This document shows, piece by piece, positions 39,301-45,549 of a stretch of 46,056 nt of DNA. This stretch comes from Ruminococcaceae bacterium UBA1772 (GTDB taxonomy: Bacteria; Bacillota; Clostridia; Oscillospirales; Acutalibacteraceae): the NCBI GenBank assembly GCA_002314645.1, contig DCGS01000043.1, forward strand, positions 1-46,056, in the 5' to 3' direction. Each line of letters opens with the position of its first letter. Within the stretch, counting starts at the first letter, position 1. A program made the translations under genes and the position numbers. Under the pieces are notes generated by a model. It was not told where the DNA came from. It searched no databases and was given only the letters and a program-made list of their open reading frames with translations.

Positions 39301-40463
39301 ACTTTAAAGAAAACAATAACACACCTCTTGTTGTTGAAGTGCTTTGTAAACCATCAAGAAAAGTTGATTATTATCACTCTTATGTTGCTACATATACATT
39401 ACAGACAAACCAGAAGCTTCTCCTTTCAATTCTCGACAATACTGAAGAGAAAACCCGAGAGGCTATGGATACATTAAAGAAGAAGGTTACAACTGCTGCA
39501 TTCTCAAATGTATATGACAGCGTAAACCATATCTTGCTGGACAAGGATGAGTTTGAACTTAGTGAATACATTACAATTTCCAAAGAGGAAAAATACACAG
39601 AAGGTAAATATTCAACATATTTGAATGCTCACCTTATTCAAACTGTTCCTGAATCTGACAGAGAGACCTTTAGTCAAATCTTCTCTCTTGAAGCTTTAAA
39701 GAATCTTTGGAATAGTGGCAATACTCATACAAGTGTTACTTATCAAGCTTCAAGCAATTCAAATCCAAATAAATATGAGTGGTTTGAATCGCTGATTATT
39801 GCAAACCGACTAACCTTTGGTAAAGAAAAGCACGTTTTCATTTTCACAAGGTCAATAGATGAACAGAAAGAGACGGAAAAAGCTCTCAACGAATATGCAC
39901 ATCGTCTTAGCTACTCACTTGCAATGTACGAATATGCATATAGCGTTGATATTGAAACTGAAAACGTCGATTTAATTGGTGGTCTTTCTCTTGACTCAGA
40001 CTTCTTCAACGAAGAAGATATGACTTATTCACAAATAACCAACACCATTAAGAATAAGTTAATCAGTGAAGATGATAGAATGGCATTCAGACGCCTCACC
40101 TATCTTGACAACCTCATTGAATATTTCTCACACAATTCTCCAACTATTGTTAAATACTTTGCTTGTGAAAGCGAGCCAAACAAGGTTATAGAAATATCTA
40201 TAATCTATGGTTCTAGAGAGCAGAAGATAACTATTTACATTAGAAAGCTTGATCGTGAAAATATTTCAAAGGAAGCTTTGTATTCAACAAGCAGTGAAGT
40301 ATCACCTGAAATAGTATCTGAAATCCCTCTTGTCACTGAGGAATCTAAAGGTGCTCCAGTAGATGGAACAGACCTTGAATACGAAAACTTAAAATCTGCC
40401 AACAGTTCAATTTCTAACCAAATTTCAAAACGTCTTGAAGATATTAGAAATGAACTAAGTTAA
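36336..40463 (+). CDS. Cache-like sensor / degenerate-GGDEF / EAL phosphodiesterase with about 630 aa of C-terminal PAS-like repeats
   Basis: TM segment, about 255 aa extracytoplasmic domain, TM segment. GGDEF-fold with SGDKF (37542..37556). EAL motifs are intact (EALIRW, ELEFTEG, DDFGSGYSSL, KLDR, AEGVE, QGY). Four PAS-like modules follow (for example YVHPKDV...EYRHLRKNGSYSWMK). RBS GGGAGG. Confidence 0.85.
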   Translation: MHTDQKRINKSIIIFGGVATVFVIVFLTVLTFTYGKTQQIAEDSLLQSTADTVATMEMEVETDTRQTEAIAEIFSYELQNYTPEKYGSLVAYTLKKSVSPTCTSIILIANGHYYYSNGESGLVTNAKNTELKKLLDTEVDFYKGKDRVTGNTVTMMIKDFKDSEGRKCQVVCLYDYTDLLDNSYSNKYYAEDGIDIIYQSNGNILYSSKNGEDIFKDDTNIFEVIDKLKVSNNPPRTKTYKGIVSKVTTVEIDGIKYAVSYTNRDSSKYNFDIARVVPTKVLFSATGNLLSTIFVSSVLLFFIIATLAYRFFKATRNTAEKIQNIAYKDPLTGYPNFAKFKEDATEMLNGKDAGEYYIACADIVGFRYINDAFGYDIGDKILIEISKNIDDLLEEDEIFSRISGDKFVFITKRDLSDTENEMFLYKLTERVSTIGPLAKSHIRLEFQMGIYKIQPEDIETLSINAMYDRCLVALYSIEHSDTGIAVYDAAIYNEQVEKKNIESKMHKALQNGEFRVYVQPKYRTANGKLAAGEALIRWVDPEKGLIPPVKFIPLFEQNRFVHDVDLYVMEVVARFQRMRLNEGLPVVPISLNISPVEITMPNFKESYISIKEKYDIPDKLIELEFTEGIFFEDEKYFQNLIRDFQSHGFTCSIDDFGSGYSSLNILKSLPVDTLKLDRIFFKESDNIARDRSVVRSVVSMARALNIKTVAEGVETMEAVDFLKLIGCTLIQGYIYSKPLPLTEFEEHLNSENIDTDEDIDLDFDKFEAVPLDVPLTNSIDNSLRSTYTAICEINTNGNIFHMYYPGEPSGKFERIAERGFFSSFINDVIPKYVHPKDVDNVLNYMNPINLVEHFKTNKELDFEYRHLRKNGSYSWMKIHIIKASGGRSDSQVFFAYFNVIDNYKETEEKLEAFQNRFSSVYSTFNGVVFEIDIETKLLEKLESHTSTLAILKDGTSYDDARKFINENIIHPDYKEIISSVVDIENIKAYFKENNNTPLVVEVLCKPSRKVDYYHSYVATYTLQTNQKLLLSILDNTEEKTREAMDTLKKKVTTAAFSNVYDSVNHILLDKDEFELSEYITISKEEKYTEGKYSTYLNAHLIQTVPESDRETFSQIFSLEALKNLWNSGNTHTSVTYQASSNSNPNKYEWFESLIIANRLTFGKEKHVFIFTRSIDEQKETEKALNEYAHRLSYSLAMYEYAYSVDIETENVDLIGGLSLDSDFFNEEDMTYSQITNTIKNKLISEDDRMAFRRLTYLDNLIEYFSHNSPTIVKYFACESEPNKVIEISIIYGSREQKITIYIRKLDRENISKEALYSTSSEVSPEIVSEIPLVTEESKGAPVDGTDLEYENLKSANSSISNQISKRLEDIRNELS

Positions 40464-40468
40464 AAACT

Positions 40469-40501
40469 AAAAGGACTTCAAGAATTCTTGAAGTCCTTTT
40501 T
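40469..40501 (+). terminator. Rho-independent terminator
   Basis: Perfect palindrome AAAGGACTTCAAGAATTCTTGAAGTCCTTT followed by a T-run. Confidence 0.85.
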
Positions 40502-40594
40502 ATATTGTAATTAATAATACTTGTATAATAATTAACAATTTGATAAAATACTGTCATGCAATTTTTTAATTTATATAAAAAAGGAGAATGAAAA

Positions 40595-41008
40595 ATGGCA
40601 GAAGAAAAAAAGGGCTTTGTAGCTGAATTCAAAGAATTTATTGCAAGAGGAAACGTAATGGATATGGCTGTCGGCGTTGTTGTAGGTGGCGCTTTCACAG
40701 CAATCGTTAACGCTCTCATTGAAAGCATTATCAACCCAATCATTACACTCATTGCAGGACAGGCTGATTTCTCATCAGTAACTGTTGGTATTTTCCCAAT
40801 TGGTACACTTATTAGTGCAATCATCAACTTCCTCCTCATTTCACTTGTTGTATTCACAATGGTTCGTACACTCAACAAGGTTAAGGACAAAACTTCAAAG
40901 AAGGAAGAAGCTGTTGAAGAAGTAGTAGAAGAAGCTCCAGCTGCTCCAACAGAGGCAGAGCTGCTTGCTGAAATTCGCGACCTTCTCATAGCAAACAATA
41001 CAAAATAA
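40595..41008 (+). CDS. mscL: Large-conductance mechanosensitive channel
   Basis: EFKEFIARGNVMDMAVGVVVGGAFTAIVNALIESIINPII is the canonical MscL N-terminus and TM1. RBS AGGAGAA. Confidence 0.95.
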   Translation: MAEEKKGFVAEFKEFIARGNVMDMAVGVVVGGAFTAIVNALIESIINPIITLIAGQADFSSVTVGIFPIGTLISAIINFLLISLVVFTMVRTLNKVKDKTSKKEEAVEEVVEEAPAAPTEAELLAEIRDLLIANNTK

Positions 41009-41023
41009 AGGAATTAACCCAAA

Positions 41024-42214
41024 ATGAAGACTCTTTACATAGATTGTTGCAATGGTGCTGCAGGTGACATGCTTTCAGCTGCTCTTTGGGAACTTATTGA
41101 CGACAAAGAAGAATTCCTAGAAGAACTCAATGCAGCTGGCATACCTGGCGTTAAGACTTACGCCATTCCATCTGTAAAGTGTGGCGTTACTGGCACACAC
41201 TTTAAGGTTGAAATATACGGCGAAGAAGAAAAGCCAGGAGAAAAAGTGCTTGCACTTGAAGAAAAGCATCATGAGTATATGCACCAGCATGGCATAGAGC
41301 ATCATCATGATCATGAGCATGAACATCATCATGACCATGAGCATGAGCATCATCATGATCATGCGCATGATCATCACCACAGTTCACTTGGTGACATTGA
41401 AAGATTAATTAGATCGCTCAATGTTTCTGAGACTGTAAAAACAGATGCAATAAACGTTTATAAGCTTATTGCTGAAGCAGAAAGCCAGGTACATGGTGAA
41501 ACTGTTGTTGACGTTCACTTCCATGAGGTTGGAATGAAGGATGCCGTAGCAGATATTGTTGCTGTTTCAATGCTTATTGAAAAGCTTGCTCCAGACTTTA
41601 TTCTTGCATCTTCAGTTCATACAGGTTCAGGAAAAATCAAGTGTGCTCACGGTATTCTTCCAGTCCCTGCCCCAGCAACTTCAATCCTTCTTCAAGGAAT
41701 TCCTGTATATGCTACAGACGTTCAAGGAGAGCTTTGTACACCAACTGGTGCTGCACTTCTTAAATACTTTGTTTCAAACTTTGGTCCAATGCCTGTTATG
41801 AACATGGAAAACATTGGATATGGTATGGGTACAAAGGACTTTGAAACCGCAAATTACCTTCGTGCAATTTGGGGTAACTCAGATAACAATATTAAAACTG
41901 GTTATGATGCACCACACCATAAGCAGACACATGAACACCATCCGGTAAATCATTCTGCTGAGCAGAAGAAGGCAGTTCTTAATAGAGTTTCACGTTCTAT
42001 TGGGCATCTTGAATCTGTAAAAAGAATGATTGAAAACGATAGTGACGCAGGAGATGTTCTCATTCAGCTCTCAGCTGTTCAGTCTTCAATTAACAGTACA
42101 GCAAGAGTAATTATTAAAGAGCACTTCAAGCACTCAATCAAAAATGCTTCAAAGACAAATGACGACAAAGCTTTTGACAGTCTTTATGGCATAATTGATA
42201 AGTTCTTAAAATAA
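41024..42214 (+). CDS. Fusion protein: LarC N-terminal (DUF111) nickel-binding domain with a His-rich insert, plus a C-terminal CsoR/RcnR-family (DUF156) domain
   Basis: N-terminal part carries MKTLYIDCCNGAAGDM, VHFHEVG, HGILPVPAPAT, GELCTPTGAALL and IGYGMGTKDF. The C-terminal 85 aa read QKKAVLNRVSRSIGHLESVKRMIENDSDAGDVLIQLSAVQSSIN...EHFKHS. Starts 15 nt after the mscL stop. Confidence 0.8.
   Translation: MKTLYIDCCNGAAGDMLSAALWELIDDKEEFLEELNAAGIPGVKTYAIPSVKCGVTGTHFKVEIYGEEEKPGEKVLALEEKHHEYMHQHGIEHHHDHEHEHHHDHEHEHHHDHAHDHHHSSLGDIERLIRSLNVSETVKTDAINVYKLIAEAESQVHGETVVDVHFHEVGMKDAVADIVAVSMLIEKLAPDFILASSVHTGSGKIKCAHGILPVPAPATSILLQGIPVYATDVQGELCTPTGAALLKYFVSNFGPMPVMNMENIGYGMGTKDFETANYLRAIWGNSDNNIKTGYDAPHHKQTHEHHPVNHSAEQKKAVLNRVSRSIGHLESVKRMIENDSDAGDVLIQLSAVQSSINSTARVIIKEHFKHSIKNASKTNDDKAFDSLYGIIDKFLK
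41300..41380 (+). repeat. In-frame 24-nt tandem repeat (about 3.4 copies) encoding (HHHDHEHE)n
   Basis: CATCATCATGATCATGAGCATGAA / CATCATCATGACCATGAGCATGAG / CATCATCATGATCATGCGCATGAT / CATCACCAC. Confidence 0.9.
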
Positions 42215-42244
42215 CATATATAAAACAAATTTGGAGGCATTTAA

Positions 42245-43228
42245 ATGCTTATTCCCGTTCTTCTCTTTATTGTAGGACTTGTACTTCTCATTAAAGGTGG
42301 AGACTGGTTCGTAGATGGAGCAACTGGTATTGCTCATAAATTTCACGTTCCAGAGCTTCTCATTGGTGCAACAGTTGTAGCTATTGGTACCACTCTTCCA
42401 GAAGTAATGGTTTCTGCAACATCAGCAGTATCTGGTCATGGAGAAATTGCATACGGTAATGCACTTGGTTCTATCATTTGTAACACAGCACTTATTGCTG
42501 CAATTACCATTACTGCAAAACCTTCTGATGTAGACAAAAAGTCTCTTGTAAAACCAGTTGCATTCTTCTTCGGTTCTGCCCTCTTTTATGCAGCAACCGC
42601 ATATGCAACAGGACATTTCTCAAGAGTTACAGGTATTGTACTTCTTGCAGTATTTGTACTTTATATTGGAATGCTTGTTAAAGAGGCAATCAGTTCACCA
42701 AAGCCAGACGTAAACCTTTCGTCTGAAAATGGTCCAGATGCAAGCGACGACCCACGAGTTATAGTAAGAGACATTATAAAGCTTATTATTGGTGCTGCCT
42801 TTATTGCCGTTGGTGCTGATTTACTTGTAGATAACGGAACACTAATTGCACAAGCACTTGGTGTACCTGAATCAGTAATTGCACTCACATTCGTAGCACT
42901 TGGCACTTCACTTCCAGAGCTTGTAACAGCAATTACATCGCTCAGAAAAGGACACGGTGCCCTTTCTCTTGGTAACGTAATTGGCGCTAACATCTTTAAC
43001 CTTGTATTGGTATCTGGTGTTTCAACAACACTTTCACCATTTGATGTTCCTGCTTCAAAAACTATTGCAGGAATGAACGCATCGCTTCTTGTAGATATTC
43101 CTGTAGTGTTCGCAGTTATGCTTATTTTAACTGTACCAGCACTTCTTAAAGGAAAGCTTACAAGAGTTCAGGGAATTATTCTTCTCTTAATATATGCGGC
43201 ATTTTGTGTGTTCCAATTTGTAAGTTAA
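42245..43228 (+). CDS. CaCA-family cation/Ca2+ (Na+/Ca2+ exchanger, YrbG-like) antiporter
   Basis: Two alpha-repeats (GTTLPEVMVSATSA and GTSLPELVTAITS) and about 10 TM segments. RBS GGAGG. Confidence 0.85.
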   Translation: MLIPVLLFIVGLVLLIKGGDWFVDGATGIAHKFHVPELLIGATVVAIGTTLPEVMVSATSAVSGHGEIAYGNALGSIICNTALIAAITITAKPSDVDKKSLVKPVAFFFGSALFYAATAYATGHFSRVTGIVLLAVFVLYIGMLVKEAISSPKPDVNLSSENGPDASDDPRVIVRDIIKLIIGAAFIAVGADLLVDNGTLIAQALGVPESVIALTFVALGTSLPELVTAITSLRKGHGALSLGNVIGANIFNLVLVSGVSTTLSPFDVPASKTIAGMNASLLVDIPVVFAVMLILTVPALLKGKLTRVQGIILLLIYAAFCVFQFVS

Positions 43229-43232
43229 AAGT

Positions 43233-43268
43233 AAAAGAGCTAAGTCCAATGGACTTAGCTCTTTTTTT
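43233..43268. terminator. Bidirectional terminator between the antiporter and the convergent TSCPD gene
   Basis: AAAAGAGCTAAGTCC-AAT-GGACTTAGCTCTTTT followed by a T-run. Confidence 0.85.
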
Positions 43269-43275
43269 ATGTTCC

Positions 43276-43548
43276 TTACTGGCCTATGCCTTCAGCTTTG
43301 GCAGCTTCATATGCTTCTCTAACAGCCTTTGCAAACTGGTCTGAGCAAGATGTTGGTCTTCTACCACATTCAATGCCAGAACATTTACTTTCAATCTCTT
43401 CTACTGTCATTCCATCACAGAGAGAAGATATTGCCTTGAGGTTACCATTACAGCCACCAAAAAACTCAATGTTTGAGATCTTGTCTCCGTTTATATCAAA
43501 CTTTATGTGAGTAGAACATACTCCACTTGTTTCATAAATGTATTCCAT
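43276..43548 (-). CDS. Small TSCPD-domain protein (TIGR03905-like)
   Basis: 90 aa with GGCNGNLKAIS and RPTSCSDQ motifs. Confidence 0.7.
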   Translation of the reverse strand: MEYIYETSGVCSTHIKFDINGDKISNIEFFGGCNGNLKAISSLCDGMTVEEIESKCSGIECGRRPTSCSDQFAKAVREAYEAAKAEGIGQ

Positions 43549-43574
43549 ATTAAAGCCCCCTAAGCTAGTTTAAA

Positions 43575-44048
43575 TTAAAGTAATTCATTAATTTTAGCGT
43601 CAATTTTTGCTGGTGTGTCAATTGGTCCAAATCTATCAACAACGTTACCATTTCTATCTACAAGGAACTTTGTAAAATTCCACTTGATTGCTGATGAAAG
43701 CATACCGCCCTGTTGGCTTTTAAGGTATGTGTAAATTGGATGCTCATCTGGTCCGTTAACCTTGATCTTTTCAAACTGCTTGAAGGTTACTGAGTAACGA
43801 GACTGACAGAAGTCAACAATTTCTTCTTCTGTGCCAGGAGCCTGATTTGCGAACTGGTTGCATGGGAAGTCAATAATTTCAAAGCCCTGTGCCTGATACT
43901 TCTCGTAAAGATCCTGAAGACCTTCATACTGAGGAGTGAATCCGCAGCCTGTTGCAGTGTTGACTACAAGTAATACTTTACCTTCATAGTCCTTCATTGC
44001 TACCTCATTGCCCTCTGCGTCACGAACGATAAAATCATAGATTGTCAT
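43575..44048 (-). CDS. Glutathione peroxidase family protein (Cys type)
   Basis: LVVNTATGCGFTPQY...FPCNQFANQAPG...KWNFTKFLVDR. Confidence 0.9.
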   Translation of the reverse strand: MTIYDFIVRDAEGNEVAMKDYEGKVLLVVNTATGCGFTPQYEGLQDLYEKYQAQGFEIIDFPCNQFANQAPGTEEEIVDFCQSRYSVTFKQFEKIKVNGPDEHPIYTYLKSQQGGMLSSAIKWNFTKFLVDRNGNVVDRFGPIDTPAKIDAKINELL

Positions 44049-44106
44049 TTTACATCTTCCTTTCTTTTGGCGATTTGTTGTCGCTGTTTTTAATTGATTG
44101 CAATTG

Positions 44107-44136
44107 AATTGTACACAATTTAATTTTAGTTGTCAA
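44107..44136 (-). promoter_or_regulatory. gpx promoter with an overlapping OhrR-type operator
   Basis: Minus strand reads TTGACA (44131..44136), 17-nt spacer, TACAAT (44108..44113). The palindromic box AATTGTGTACAATT (44107..44120) covers the -10. Confidence 0.7.
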
Positions 44137-44168
44137 CAAGTTTTTCAAAAACATTTTTATGACTCTCA

Positions 44169-44198
44169 TTGCAAAACGGAAATGAATTGTGTACAATT
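44169..44198 (+). promoter_or_regulatory. ohrR promoter with an overlapping OhrR-type operator
   Basis: TTGCAA (44169..44174), 17-nt spacer, TACAAT (44192..44197). An identical box AATTGTGTACAATT (44185..44198) covers the -10. Confidence 0.7.
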
Positions 44199-44230
44199 AG
44201 TTAGAAATAAAGTTTTAAAAGGTGAATTAT

Positions 44231-44734
44231 ATGGCTAAGAAAAATATGAGTGATAGAGCAGCCGAGCTTGCTCTCTCTGCAATTCCAGATGATGAACTTC
44301 TAAAACTGGATAACCAGTTATGCTTTTCCCTTTATGTGTGTTCTAAAGAGGTAATAAGAAGATATAAACCATTACTAGATCCATATGGCTTAACATACAC
44401 AGGTTACATTACCCTTATGGCTCTTTGGGAAAAGGATAATATTAATGTAAAAGAACTTGGAGAAAGACTCTTCCTTGACTCTGGTACACTCACCCCTCTT
44501 CTTAAAAAGCTTGAGGCACTTGAGTATGTTACAAGAGTTAGAGACCCTAAAGATGAAAGAAACATGAAAATATGTTTAACAGAAAAGGGTCGCAACTTAA
44601 AGAAGGAAGCAGTTTGTGTTCCAAAGGAACTCCTCTCCTCTGTTTCTTTTGGTAATGTTAAAGCATATCTTCTCATGCAAACTCTACATCAACTCATGGA
44701 TGTTCTTACAGAAAATGGAGATGAAGAAAAATGA
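44231..44734 (+). CDS. ohrR: MarR-family, OhrR-like organic hydroperoxide-sensing repressor
   Basis: LDNQLCFSLY (sensing Cys context), TYTGYITLMALWE, LDSGTLTPLLKKLE...V.R.RDPKDER. ATG 44231 follows AAGGTGA. Confidence 0.8.
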   Translation: MAKKNMSDRAAELALSAIPDDELLKLDNQLCFSLYVCSKEVIRRYKPLLDPYGLTYTGYITLMALWEKDNINVKELGERLFLDSGTLTPLLKKLEALEYVTRVRDPKDERNMKICLTEKGRNLKKEAVCVPKELLSSVSFGNVKAYLLMQTLHQLMDVLTENGDEEK

Positions 44735-45549
44735 TCCAAGATATTGCACCATATGAGTATGACAACCAGTATAGAAATGAAAAACCAGACGAAAACTCTG
44801 CAATAGTTCTTATTGAAAAAGGAAAGCTCCTTGTGAAGGTATGTGAAAATGAATTTTCGTTTCCTATATATAAAGAAGTAAAAGAAGAATTAAAGCTTAC
44901 ATACCTTTTTTCAATTAGTAATCGGAAATACTTTCTTTCAGAAACACCATTTACCCTTGAAGGCTATTCTTTACTAGGTGCATTTGAATTAAGAACAGCA
45001 GGGCCTAAACATTTAAAATTTGCAGCCGTTACTGCAATGCAGCTATCAGGCTGGTATAAGCAGCACAAATTGTGCGGATGTTGTGGCGAACCAATGCAGC
45101 ATTCCGAAAAGGAGCGCATGTTAATGTGCCCTTCTTGTAAGGTCCCTGTGTACCCAGTAATTAGTCCTGCGGTAATAGTGGCCATTACAGACGGTGACCG
45201 CATTGTTCTTTCAAGGTACGCACAGGGACCTGCAAAGAGCCACTATGCGCTCATTGCAGGATTTAACGAAATTGGTGAGCCTATAGAGGACACAGTACGC
45301 CGTGAAGTAATGGAAGAGGTTGGCCTTAAAGTTAAAAACATTAAGTTTTATAAAAGCCAACCATGGTCCTTTACAGGCACTCTCCTTCTAGGATTTGTCT
45401 GTGACCTCGACGGCTCAGATGAAATTAAAATAGATAAAGAAGAACTTGCTGAGGCACTTTTTGTAAATAGGAATGATATTCCTGACCGCATTGACGACAT
45501 CAGCCTTACATGGGAAATGATAAACAAATTCAAAAGTGGTGAACTTTAA
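44731..45549 (+). CDS. nudC: NAD+ diphosphatase / NAD-cap decapping Nudix hydrolase NudC
   Basis: Zinc ribbon CGCCGEPMQHSEKERMLMCPSC and Nudix box GFNEIGEPIEDTVRREVMEEVGL. ATGA overlap with ohrR. Confidence 0.85.
   Translation: MIQDIAPYEYDNQYRNEKPDENSAIVLIEKGKLLVKVCENEFSFPIYKEVKEELKLTYLFSISNRKYFLSETPFTLEGYSLLGAFELRTAGPKHLKFAAVTAMQLSGWYKQHKLCGCCGEPMQHSEKERMLMCPSCKVPVYPVISPAVIVAITDGDRIVLSRYAQGPAKSHYALIAGFNEIGEPIEDTVRREVMEEVGLKVKNIKFYKSQPWSFTGTLLLGFVCDLDGSDEIKIDKEELAEALFVNRNDIPDRIDDISLTWEMINKFKSGEL

Noticed and set aside
40444-40998. 184-aa minus-strand ORF rich in Ser/Thr/Ala
   Set aside because: It is entirely antisense to the unmistakable mscL gene and runs through the upstream terminator. 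It has no RBS and a low-complexity translation typical of a shadow ORF.
41117-41387. Two minus-strand ORFs rich in Met/Ile/His (MVMIMRMIMMM..., ...DHAHDHDDAHAHGHDD...)
   Set aside because: They are reverse-frame readings of the CAT/GAT/GAG tandem repeat that encodes the His-rich tract of the LarC-like protein.
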